Positions 38,930-48,161 of a stretch of DNA of 64,000 bases are shown piece after piece. Made by a program: the position numbers and the translations under genes. This DNA comes from an uncultured Planctomycetota bacterium. GTDB taxonomy: Bacteria; Planctomycetota; B143-G9. Each line of letters opens with the position of its first letter. Within the stretch, counting starts at the first letter, position 1. The stretch is from assembly GCA_964571525.1 (NCBI GenBank), contig CAZNBY010000006.1:13773-77772 (forward strand), read 5' to 3'. The notes under the pieces are model-generated. The model did not search any database and was not told the origin of the DNA. It saw only the letters and a program-made list of their open reading frames with translations.

Positions 38930-40183
38930 TCAAATCCAGTTTTCAAGCCATTTACGCACACGGGAACTTATTGGCGCATCCCCTTCTGCAGGAGTTGTCA
39001 TTGAATGGGCACGATGCGCGAAAGTTAGCCGCAGCAAACCTGTCAAACGGGATGATAATGGGTCTTTACGCCCTGATTTGCTGACTTCAACGCGACCGGT
39101 TCTTACTGACGACTTGAACACGCCTCTGCATAGCTCAACAAGACCAGTAACATTCGATGAATAACCGCCAAGCACAACGGAATCAATGCCAGCGATTAGG
39201 TCGCGGGATTCAAGGCTCTTGCGCACGGATTCAATAAAGCCACGATAGTGCTCATCAACAATATCCCAGATTGCACCAAGAGTGATTTTCGCAGGTGGAA
39301 ATCCCTCTGCTGCATCAAACGACACCTCAATGCCTCTTTCGAGCATAAAATCGCCACGAACATTTACTGAGGCATGGGCATCAAGTATGCATTCCGCAGT
39401 TAGATGAGATACATTGAACTCGCGCGCAATTTTGGCTACAAGCTCTTTTTGACCAAACGGAAACATAGCAGTATAGCGTGGTTTACCCTTTGAAAGCAGC
39501 ATCACATCTGTGCATCGCTCTGCGACATCAATGATCAGAGTAGTTACGGATAAGTCGGATTGCGAAAGCAATGAGATAGTGTTCGCCCAACCATCATAGA
39601 AAACTGTCTCTACTTTCCATCCAGATTTTGTTACGCTTCTAACAAGATTGTCAAATGCCTCTGTTCTGCATGTGATGATGTGAGATTCGCATTCAAGCCG
39701 TGTACCTTCAAGTCCCTCAGGATTATCGAGTCGCCTTTTGTCGTCAACCGCAAAGCTGACGGGGATCACATTAAGTACCTTTCGATCTGACGGCAGTTCA
39801 ATCTTCCCCGATGCGGCAATTGCCTTAGAAAGGTCTTCTGAGTTGATCGTTTTCGGTGAAGAGCCTAATATGACGGCACCACGCGAATTAAGACCCACCA
39901 CGGGGCCTCCGCTTAGCCCAATGGTAAGCGAAAATATCTCAGCAACTTCGGCTTTTTTAGCTGCCTCGCTGACTGATTCACGCACAGACTCGACGAATCG
40001 GGGAAAGTCTGTTGGAATGCCGTCATCAATATCGCAAGAGCGTACTGAGGCAAAGGAAAGCTGCTTGAAATCCTCGCCCTTTTGCACCGCGATTCCCGCA
40101 ATCACTCGCCCCTGCAATGGTAGCACTGCGGCCGCAATCTGAATCGTTGGTTCTTTAGTTTTTATCTCACCGTTTTCCGGCAT
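38930..40183 (-). CDS. ftsA: FtsA-like actin-fold cell division protein (divergent)
   Basis: Position after ftsQ. RLECESHIITC and VVLGGYSSNVTGLVELCRGVF correspond to the FtsA RLEVEVHLITC and IVLTGGGAQLPGL motifs. The DIGGGT phosphate-2 motif is replaced by DVAERCT. Confidence 0.55.
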   Translation of the reverse strand: MPENGEIKTKEPTIQIAAAVLPLQGRVIAGIAVQKGEDFKQLSFASVRSCDIDDGIPTDFPRFVESVRESVSEAAKKAEVAEIFSLTIGLSGGPVVGLNSRGAVILGSSPKTINSEDLSKAIAASGKIELPSDRKVLNVIPVSFAVDDKRRLDNPEGLEGTRLECESHIITCRTEAFDNLVRSVTKSGWKVETVFYDGWANTISLLSQSDLSVTTLIIDVAERCTDVMLLSKGKPRYTAMFPFGQKELVAKIAREFNVSHLTAECILDAHASVNVRGDFMLERGIEVSFDAAEGFPPAKITLGAIWDIVDEHYRGFIESVRKSLESRDLIAGIDSVVLGGYSSNVTGLVELCRGVFKSSVRTGRVEVSKSGRKDPLSSRLTGLLRLTFAHRAHSMTTPAEGDAPISSRVRKWLENWI

Positions 40184-41126
40184 CTTTGCTCCCCTTAAGG
40201 CTCAAAGTCGCATTCTCGTAAGAAAGGTCAATGTATGATATGTCGTTGATGTCCCCCACCCTCTTCAGTGCATCCTTGAGGTTCTGGAGTTTATGTGCGC
40301 TACCGGGTCTGCCGAAGGCAGATTCCTCTTCAAAATACATATCCCAGATTATTGCTCCGCCCGAAAGCAAGCGCATTGTTATCGCGGGCTTGCCCGTTGT
40401 AATGCTCTGGTTCGCAGGCGCACATTCAAAGCGTTCGACAGTGCTAAGTAGATTGATAAAGCCCTCTTTGTCGAGCATGTTATTCGTAATGTACTTCATC
40501 AAGCCGAGCGAGTCCTCCACATACTTTGTCTTCCAAATCTCTCCGCTGCGCGACGGTGGAGGTTCTTGCACACCAGTGATAGTAATAAGGTGGATGCCAA
40601 GATCGGTGTCAGGTTTAAGAGGCAGAAGCACACCCTGCCTGTCAATGATGTACTTCTTCCCTTTCCACGCCACCGCGGAAAAGGGCCTTCTTAGGCTAAG
40701 ATTTACCCATACTATATTGGGAAAACGCCTTTGAATGCTGAGAACTTTTTCAACCCAGGGATTGTCGAGGAACGCAGTGCGAAGAGTTGAGAACAGCCTA
40801 TCATCCCATATCTTCATACCTTCAACACGCCTTCCAGACGCAAGAATTGAGACGAAGTGATCGGCGGGTATATGAGGAGGACGGTATTTGGCAGAAGTTT
40901 CGAGTATGAAGGAGTTTGAACTGTTAACAGTGAACACCATCTTAGCGCAGTCACAGTTATATAGGCTGTTAGAGGAAGCCATAGAACCGGATGCGACTAT
41001 GAAAAAGATCAATAAAGAGACAAGGCCCGCCGTTTTGAGAAATGTTGGGGATAGCATAATAATAAGAAGGGTCGAGCCAAGTTTGCTCCAGAATTTGCTC
41101 GAACCGGTTTCGTTCGGTTTAGCCAT
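40167..41126 (-). CDS. ftsQ: FtsQ/DivIB-like cell division protein
   Basis: Single TM followed by POTRA-like and beta domains. Canonical position between ddl/SLT and ftsA. Start chosen at the internal Met (MAKPNET); the six-frame ORF extends to 41234. Confidence 0.5.
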   Translation of the reverse strand: MAKPNETGSSKFWSKLGSTLLIIMLSPTFLKTAGLVSLLIFFIVASGSMASSNSLYNCDCAKMVFTVNSSNSFILETSAKYRPPHIPADHFVSILASGRRVEGMKIWDDRLFSTLRTAFLDNPWVEKVLSIQRRFPNIVWVNLSLRRPFSAVAWKGKKYIIDRQGVLLPLKPDTDLGIHLITITGVQEPPPSRSGEIWKTKYVEDSLGLMKYITNNMLDKEGFINLLSTVERFECAPANQSITTGKPAITMRLLSGGAIIWDMYFEEESAFGRPGSAHKLQNLKDALKRVGDINDISYIDLSYENATLSLKGSKDAGKR

Positions 41127-41694
41127 TGTCGCGTCTCCCGTAATACTCGCGTTCTTTCTCCAAGTAACGCGAGGCGCGCTGTATGTATGTTCGAGTCTCA
41201 GCAATTGGGCAGTTTCTAACGACCTCTTCCCCATCTCTTCCTTGATTTGCAGAAAGCCAGCGGTAAACCCTTGCTGGGCCAGCGTTGTATGAAGCCATTA
41301 AAACTTGGGGCTGTGACCCAAACTGCTCTTTTAGCCAAGACAGGTAGAATGTTCCATATCGAATATTGAGATCGGGCTCTTTCAAAGCTGAAATGCTCGG
41401 AGTAGGCTCTTTGAGAAGTTTGGCTATCATCTCCGCAGTCGCTGGCATGACTTGCATCAACCCAATTGCCCCTGCCCTTGAGACTGCGGCTGGATTACCA
41501 CCGCTTTCTGCGCGTATGACAGCCATAACAAGAGCGGGTTCAACATCGTAGATATCACAGTATTTTTCAGCAATGGGACGAAGCATTTCGATGGATTGCT
41601 GGCTGCTTTCGAATAAGCCGTAAAGAAAGGCAGCGATAAGACCCAACGCAAGCGCTGATATAACTGTCGCCGCGTTTGATCTTTTCTTTCTCAT
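41119..41694 (-). CDS. Lytic transglycosylase (SLT domain), membrane anchored
   Basis: ESGGNPAAVSRAGAIGLMQVMP catalytic signature. Confidence 0.8.
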   Translation of the reverse strand: MRKKRSNAATVISALALGLIAAFLYGLFESSQQSIEMLRPIAEKYCDIYDVEPALVMAVIRAESGGNPAAVSRAGAIGLMQVMPATAEMIAKLLKEPTPSISALKEPDLNIRYGTFYLSWLKEQFGSQPQVLMASYNAGPARVYRWLSANQGRDGEEVVRNCPIAETRTYIQRASRYLEKEREYYGRRDNG

Positions 41695-41696
41695 TT

Positions 41697-42752
41697 CTAC
41701 CTTCCAAAGCCGGCTGACATGATTCTGTTAAGCTCAGACCCCGCCCTTCTGCCCTCTGGTGTGTCGCTGAATTCCGAAGTAAGTTGGGTAAGGGTTGCAG
41801 ATGCATCGCTTGCCTTTTGTAAAGCGAACTCAAGCTCATATTTGCGCCACAATATAGGTGGCTGCTTTGCATGAGGCAACCCCTCGTTTAACATGGCAAT
41901 TATGTAACGCAACTCCGTTGCTTCAAGACCACCGCTAAACGCAGTTTCAATCGCGGCCTGAAGCACAAGGCGTCTTGCTTCCCCACCACGAATAAGGCAG
42001 AAATATGCATCGAACTCCACTAAAGCATCCTTGCTGCCACACGCCTTCGCGCGATTTACGAGCCATTCAGACAAGGCTTGAGCAGACTTGACGCTCGAAT
42101 GGCGGCTTCCTGCCTCAAGCAACGCGATTCGGGCGGCATGTTCATATTCGCCATTCTCGCGCAACAAGCTGCATGCGATTGAAGCAGCACGGGAGGATTG
42201 TGGAGAAGATGGAGATTCACGGAATATCTGCTCAAGTATGGCGCAGCAACGGTCTGAATCTCCGTTATCACGATGGTGAAGAGCGATGTACATCAATGCG
42301 GCGGGTCTGCGCCACGAATTTGGGTATTTTGCCACAAATAGTTCAAGCGCGCTTAATCCGCTTTCTTCCTCACCCGCATTCATCCTTGCAAGGCCGCATT
42401 CGAATAAGGCACCAGCGGAAATTGAGGTCGAAGGAAACTCGCGAAGCACTCGTTCGAAGCATGAAATTGCCTCTTGAGGCTCCTCACGAAGATATGAGTA
42501 GTACATGCCCAGAGAATAAATCGCAAGAGGCGTATCTGGGGTGTCGAGCTGTGCGCAGGTTTTCCAGTTATCAACCTGAGAACCGCTTATTGGCTCGTTT
42601 CTTATAAAGCAGAAAGCATCGGTTGGGTATGTCAACGATTTATCTGTAAATCGCGTTTTCACCGCATCGAATGCGCGAAAATAAGCACGCTCTGCGAATA
42701 GCCCGCAGACAAATGCAATGGTGAAAAACACGACAAACAGGACTGTCTTCAT
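41697..42752 (-). CDS. Secreted TPR-repeat protein
   Basis: Signal peptide. Multiple TPR-like helical repeats (AISCFERVLREFPSTS..., AAILEQIFRESPSSP...). Confidence 0.5.
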   Translation of the reverse strand: MKTVLFVVFFTIAFVCGLFAERAYFRAFDAVKTRFTDKSLTYPTDAFCFIRNEPISGSQVDNWKTCAQLDTPDTPLAIYSLGMYYSYLREEPQEAISCFERVLREFPSTSISAGALFECGLARMNAGEEESGLSALELFVAKYPNSWRRPAALMYIALHHRDNGDSDRCCAILEQIFRESPSSPQSSRAASIACSLLRENGEYEHAARIALLEAGSRHSSVKSAQALSEWLVNRAKACGSKDALVEFDAYFCLIRGGEARRLVLQAAIETAFSGGLEATELRYIIAMLNEGLPHAKQPPILWRKYELEFALQKASDASATLTQLTSEFSDTPEGRRAGSELNRIMSAGFGR

Positions 42753-43693
42753 TTTCTTTTCGCCGCGGTTATCTTTGGCCGTAAAGCCTGATGTATCGCC
42801 ATCTCGCAGAGCTGAGGCAGCTTGATGCCGAGCTTTGACGCCGCAAGAGGTACAAGGCTATGGTCAGTCATGCCCGGCACTGTGTTCACTTCAAGCACAT
42901 AGGGGATGTCATCTTGACCAAGAATAATGTCAACACGGGCAATCCCGCTGCATTCGAGCACATTGTAGGCATCACGAGCACATTGTACCAGAGTTGATAT
43001 CTTGCGCTCGTTTAGGCCATGGTCGAACGAAAATTCAACCAAATTATCGCCGTACTTGCATTTGAAGTCGAAAATTTCATGCTTAGGTTTGATTTCGATA
43101 ACGGGCAGTGCCATGTTGTCAATAATGCCAACTGTGAATTCACGCCCCTTTATGAACTTCTCGACCAATACAACATCATCATGCAAAAAGGCGTTGCTGA
43201 GTGCTTCTTCAAATTCAACGGGATTGTGCGCAACAGAGATACCAAGCGTAGAGCCTTCACGCGAGGGCTTAACGACAAGTGGATATTCAAGAGCATTCGA
43301 ATTGACTTTCGAACTTTCGCCACTTTTCACAACAAATCCTGCGGCAACACGCAAACCAGCACGCTCGAATAGCCTTCTCGATTCTACCTTATCCATCCCC
43401 CGTTTGGATGCAAGACTTGATGAACCTGTAAATGGGATACCCCGTTTTTCCAGTATCTCTTGCAGTCTGCCATCCTCACCAAATTTTCCATGCAAGGCGA
43501 TGAAGACAATATCGCATTCGATTTCAGGCACACTGCTGACAAAACCTTCGTCAACATCAATAAGTGAAACCCGATACCCAAGGTGTTGAAGCGCCTTAGC
43601 GACATTACTACCTGTTTCAAGGGATATATTGCGTTCTGCCGATATGCCACCGTACAAAACTGCAACATGAAATCTACATCTATCGCAAGCCAT
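42749..43693 (-). CDS. ddl: D-alanine--D-alanine ligase
   Basis: VAVLYGGISAERNISLETG N-terminus and ATP-grasp motifs (EVNTVPGMT). Confidence 0.85.
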   Translation of the reverse strand: MACDRCRFHVAVLYGGISAERNISLETGSNVAKALQHLGYRVSLIDVDEGFVSSVPEIECDIVFIALHGKFGEDGRLQEILEKRGIPFTGSSSLASKRGMDKVESRRLFERAGLRVAAGFVVKSGESSKVNSNALEYPLVVKPSREGSTLGISVAHNPVEFEEALSNAFLHDDVVLVEKFIKGREFTVGIIDNMALPVIEIKPKHEIFDFKCKYGDNLVEFSFDHGLNERKISTLVQCARDAYNVLECSGIARVDIILGQDDIPYVLEVNTVPGMTDHSLVPLAASKLGIKLPQLCEMAIHQALRPKITAAKRK

Positions 43694-44579
43694 TCATCAC
43701 CTCCAGCGCATTTGCGCCGAATCCCCAAAGCTTAAGCTCAGGTTCAAGTCTTACACCGAACTTGGCAAACACGGCGATTTGGCACTCATTGATTAGTGTC
43801 ATGATGTCATCGGCATTATTGCCGTCATTAACTATGAAATTTGCGTGCTTTGGCGATATATAGGCATCGCCGCAACGCCTTCCTTTCAAGCCAGCCGCCT
43901 CGATCAGCTTACCAGCGAACAAGGGCTGGGGATTTTTGAACACCGATCCCGCAGTTCTCCCCCGCGGGTGATTGAGCCTCTTTTTAAGCACATCAAGGCA
44001 ACTTTCGCGCACGCTTACCTTATCTGTCTTCCTTAGTGCAAGCTCGCACTCAAGAATTATAAAACGCGCAAGGTTCGATCTTCTGTAACCAAAACCGCAT
44101 TTTTCGGCGGGAATACTGAGAAAACGACCGCCGTCAAAAACAGTAACGGATGTAACTACATCACTGATTGTCCCAAGTGGGGTGCCTGCATTGCCGACTA
44201 TCGCTCCACCAATTGTCCCCGGAACACCCATGCAACCTTCAAGCCCTGATAGTCCATTTCGAATGCAGCCAATCTGCAAAGCGCCCATCATAGTACCTGC
44301 GCCTGCACGAACGGTACAGCCGTCGAAGTCCAGTCGAGCAAGTGTACCTTTCAAGCATATCACCATACCGCGCACGCCTTCATTCGCGACGAGTAAATTC
44401 GTGCCTCGTCCGAGTAATAAGATTGGAAAACCATTTCTATATGCGAATTCGCAGCACTCGGCGAGCTGATCCCGGTCGTTAACCTCGGCGTAAAACCGCG
44501 CAATACCGCCTGCGTGAAAGGATGTCTTTTCAGCAAGGCTGACATTCTCAAGGATAAGATTACTCGCCGCTTCTATCAA
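43680..44579 (-). CDS. murB: UDP-N-acetylenolpyruvoylglucosamine reductase
   Basis: FAD-binding domain GRGTNLLV, GGAIVGNAG. Confidence 0.85.
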   Translation of the reverse strand: MIEAASNLILENVSLAEKTSFHAGGIARFYAEVNDRDQLAECCEFAYRNGFPILLLGRGTNLLVANEGVRGMVICLKGTLARLDFDGCTVRAGAGTMMGALQIGCIRNGLSGLEGCMGVPGTIGGAIVGNAGTPLGTISDVVTSVTVFDGGRFLSIPAEKCGFGYRRSNLARFIILECELALRKTDKVSVRESCLDVLKKRLNHPRGRTAGSVFKNPQPLFAGKLIEAAGLKGRRCGDAYISPKHANFIVNDGNNADDIMTLINECQIAVFAKFGVRLEPELKLWGFGANALEVMNGLR

Positions 44580-45960
44580 CGAAACGCTCTCCTAACTTTC
44601 TGATATCGCCAGCACCCATCGTAACTAATAAGTCACCCGGTTTGCACATTGTTTTCAGGTGCTTAAGGATCAGCTCGTTTTTAGAGATGTACTGATAGTT
44701 AGTAAAGCCCAAGTCATTAAGATGACGAGCGACAAGATATGATGTGACGCCCGTTATCGGGGTCTCGTTTGCCGAATAAATCTCTGCAAGGACAACATAA
44801 TCAGCCGCGGTTAGAGCTGTGGCAAGTTCTTTTGCCAACGCCGCTGTGCGTGTATATCGGTGAGGTTGGAAGACGATAACAAGCCGCTCAGCCTTTAGCT
44901 CACGCAGAGCTTTGATTGTCTCACGAATCTCGGTTGGATGGTGGGCATAGTCGTCAACAACGCGAATGCCACCAACTTCACCAAGTGCATCTTGCCTTCT
45001 GATGACACCACGCAGTTTTGCTGTGGATTTTGCCATGCCTTTAGGGTCAAGCCCTAACAGCGAGCATAGAGTAAGCGCGCCAACGCAATTTGACAAATTG
45101 TGTTCGCCAAGAAGCGGGCAATCGAACTCACCGATGCTTTTTCCACGAACCTCAAGCGTAAATGTGCGCTTAATGCCGTTCATTACGACATTCTTCGGAC
45201 AGGCGTCGTTGCTGCCTTTTAAGCCATAAAACACGACATCACGGTTTATCCCTTCGAGCGCAGATCGGATGTTCTGATCATCACCGCAAGCCACGATGTA
45301 CCCGCCATCCGTGTTTTCTGCATATTCCCTGAATACCGCTTTGACATGGTTTATGTCACGATAGTAATCAAGGTGCTCAAGGTCAATGTTAGTGATAATG
45401 GAGTTGTTTTGATTCAACATCAGCAGAGAGCCGTCACTTTCATCAACTTCTGAGATGAAGTACTTGCCCTTGCCAATGTGAAAACTCGCGTGCCATTCGT
45501 TGACGCGACCGCCAACCATAACAGCAGGATCGTAATCTTGATCGCTGAACAACTGCGAGACAATGTAAGTTGTGGTCGTCTTGCCGTGCGAACCAGCAAT
45601 TCCGATGCTGGTGCGTGAACGAAGCAACCGCGCAAGCATAAGCGCGCGAGGCACAATTGTTATGTTGCTTTCGCGTGCGGTAATCATCTCGAGATTATGC
45701 AGTGGAATCGCGGACGAATAAACAACGATATCTGTGTTCTTTACATGCTCTGGGCTGTGACCAACACACACTTTCACGCCTGCCTGTACACAGGTCTTTG
45801 TCGCCTCGCTTTCGCATACATCGCAACCTGATACAATCGCGCCCTCCTTATGCGCCATTATGGCAATCGAGCTCATAGATATTCCGCCGACCCCGATGAA
45901 GTGGATGCGCTTGCCTTTTATCTCAAGATTATCAACAGTGGCACCCTGCGAGAAAATCAT
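44560..45960 (-). CDS. murC: UDP-N-acetylmuramate--L-alanine ligase
   Basis: IHFIGVGGISMSSIA and GSHGKTTTT P-loop. Start at the Met immediately abutting the murG stop; the ORF extends to 46008. Confidence 0.9.
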   Translation of the reverse strand: MIFSQGATVDNLEIKGKRIHFIGVGGISMSSIAIMAHKEGAIVSGCDVCESEATKTCVQAGVKVCVGHSPEHVKNTDIVVYSSAIPLHNLEMITARESNITIVPRALMLARLLRSRTSIGIAGSHGKTTTTYIVSQLFSDQDYDPAVMVGGRVNEWHASFHIGKGKYFISEVDESDGSLLMLNQNNSIITNIDLEHLDYYRDINHVKAVFREYAENTDGGYIVACGDDQNIRSALEGINRDVVFYGLKGSNDACPKNVVMNGIKRTFTLEVRGKSIGEFDCPLLGEHNLSNCVGALTLCSLLGLDPKGMAKSTAKLRGVIRRQDALGEVGGIRVVDDYAHHPTEIRETIKALRELKAERLVIVFQPHRYTRTAALAKELATALTAADYVVLAEIYSANETPITGVTSYLVARHLNDLGFTNYQYISKNELILKHLKTMCKPGDLLVTMGAGDIRKLGERFVDRSGE

Positions 45961-47051
45961 CTTTTGCTCCCCGAGCTTATACGCTCTATTAATTCTTTTG
46001 CGACGCAATCAGCCGCGTCTGGCTTTGCAACTGCTTTCATTGCATTTGTCATATCCTCGCGCTCCGCTGGATCGTGGGAAATGCTTTTCAATTCCTCTAT
46101 CAGCTTGGCCGAGGTAAGGTGTTTTTCGTTTAGCACTTTGACTGCCGACTTCGCACGCAGCACTTCTGCATTTGCAGCCTGATGGTTGTCTGCAGCGGTC
46201 GGCAGTGGAACAACGACTGATGGCACGCCTGCCAATGCTAATTCTGCAAGCGTGACTGCGCCAGCTCGCGTCAGTGCCACAGTCGAACAGCGATATATGT
46301 CAGCCATTTGGTCGGTATAGGCATAAACCTCGCAGTTAGGTTTTCCCGAATAAAACTGCTTGGCTGCATCATAATCGAGCTTGCCGGTGATGTGTATTAA
46401 TCTAAAGCCCGGAAATTCAAGCTGCAACTGCGGATACGCTGCTACAATAGCCTTGTTGAGAGCGCGAGCACCTTGCGAACCGCCCAAGACCAACAAACAT
46501 TCGCCCTTACCGAGGTCTCGGGTATGTTCGCGAGCTAACTCACCGACTATCTTCGAACGCAACGGCACACCTGTTTTTACAAAAAAGGCGCGCTTCGAAA
46601 GATAATCTCGCGCCTCTGAAAAGTTTGAAAACACGCACTTGGCTTTGGATGCAAACCACCTTGTTACTGAACCCGGTATCGCGTTAAGCTCAAGCAGAAA
46701 GTACGGAATCCCCTTGATTCTTGCTGCGACCAAGGTCGGAACTGATGCGTAACCGCCAAGCCCAAACACAGCGTCCGGCTTTCGTTCGTTGAACATCTTC
46801 AGCACTGCGGGGACAGATACAACAGCTCCAAATCCACGACGCACCACTGGAAGAAGGCCTCCAGATACTCGCTTCATGCCATTCGATTTGTATGTAATCC
46901 CCTCGCGCGGGACAAGTTCGCTTTCAAGTCCTCCCTCTGCGCCAATCCACATTACATCACAGCCTTGCTTCACGAGGCTCTCTGCAATAGCAATACCAGG
47001 GGTGATATGCCCCCCAGAACCTCCTCCAGCAAGGACAATCAGCTTGTTCAC
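45957..47051 (-). CDS. murG: UDP-GlcNAc:lipid I N-acetylglucosaminyltransferase
   Basis: MNKLIVLAGGGSGGHITPGIAIAESL. Confidence 0.9.
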   Translation of the reverse strand: MNKLIVLAGGGSGGHITPGIAIAESLVKQGCDVMWIGAEGGLESELVPREGITYKSNGMKRVSGGLLPVVRRGFGAVVSVPAVLKMFNERKPDAVFGLGGYASVPTLVAARIKGIPYFLLELNAIPGSVTRWFASKAKCVFSNFSEARDYLSKRAFFVKTGVPLRSKIVGELAREHTRDLGKGECLLVLGGSQGARALNKAIVAAYPQLQLEFPGFRLIHITGKLDYDAAKQFYSGKPNCEVYAYTDQMADIYRCSTVALTRAGAVTLAELALAGVPSVVVPLPTAADNHQAANAEVLRAKSAVKVLNEKHLTSAKLIEELKSISHDPAEREDMTNAMKAVAKPDAADCVAKELIERISSGSKR

Positions 47052-48157
47052 AACTGCACTCCCGAATTGAGCCGTGCGCCTAATTGTTCAGGTGCGCTTT
47101 CAAGCTCACTTACTCTGTCAATAGACATAAGTATTCCAACACCGACAAGCATAAAGGCCATTGCACTGCCTCCAGCAGATACGAATGGCAACGCAATGCC
47201 CTTATTTGGCAGAATTCCGGTAACGACACCAAGATTTACAAAAGCCTGCAATCCAATCATTGTCGTAATACCACAGGCAACAAGCATGCCATACATATCT
47301 CGTGCCCTGGTTGCAATTGAGATGCCTGTCAAAACAAAAGCTATGTAGCAAAAGACGATTATCAAGGTGCCAATAAGACCGGCCTCCTCACCGACTACCG
47401 CTAAGGCGAAGTCTGTGGTGGCAAGAGGAACATAGTGCAGCTTTTGTATCCCGTCACCAAGACCAGTGCCTGTTACACCACCAGAGCCAAGCGCGATCAG
47501 AGCCTGCTGTACCTGATAGTCGTGTCCGCCACCCACAAATGTTTTAAGTCTCTCACTGACATGTCCGAAATTCATCAGCATGAAGGCACCGGCAACAACA
47601 AGCAAGACCACAAAGGTTGGCAAGAGATGCATTACTCTGAAACCAGCGACAAGCAACATGCCAAGTATCACGGTTCCTAACAGAATCGTTGTACCAAGAT
47701 CAGGTTCGACTGCAATGCAGGCAAGAAGCACTGTCGCCCAGGCGACAGCGGGAACAAGACCATGCCAATACTCCCTTACGCGCTCTTGCTTTCTGCAAAA
47801 GAAATCGGCAAAAAAGAGAATAAAGACCACCTTAGCCAATTCAGATGGTTGAAATGAAAGAGGACCCAATAGGATCCAACGCTTTGCGCCATTAATGCGG
47901 GCACCAAAGATAAGGACGCCGACAAGCAGAATCACCGCGACAATAATCATTGGGATTACATAGGGGCGTATGTTGCGATAGTCAACAAACGACAATGCGA
48001 TCATCGCACCAAGCCCGACAAGCAGGCTTATCACATGCTTTGCGACAAGCCATAGCTGACTTGATGAATCGGCAGTTGAAGAAAAGGCGAAAACGATACT
48101 AATCGCCAGCAGGAACGAGACTATTAAGAATATCTTATGCCGGGATTGAATCGTCAT
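47048..48157 (-). CDS. ftsW: SEDS-family peptidoglycan glycosyltransferase FtsW
   Basis: 10-TM SEDS architecture, PNKGIALPFVSAGGSAM. Confidence 0.85.
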   Translation of the reverse strand: MTIQSRHKIFLIVSFLLAISIVFAFSSTADSSSQLWLVAKHVISLLVGLGAMIALSFVDYRNIRPYVIPMIIVAVILLVGVLIFGARINGAKRWILLGPLSFQPSELAKVVFILFFADFFCRKQERVREYWHGLVPAVAWATVLLACIAVEPDLGTTILLGTVILGMLLVAGFRVMHLLPTFVVLLVVAGAFMLMNFGHVSERLKTFVGGGHDYQVQQALIALGSGGVTGTGLGDGIQKLHYVPLATTDFALAVVGEEAGLIGTLIIVFCYIAFVLTGISIATRARDMYGMLVACGITTMIGLQAFVNLGVVTGILPNKGIALPFVSAGGSAMAFMLVGVGILMSIDRVSELESAPEQLGARLNSGVQL

Positions 48158-48161
48158 GATT

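Noticed and set aside
43002-43589. 195-aa antisense ORF within ddl
   Set aside because: Shadow ORF of a conserved housekeeping gene.
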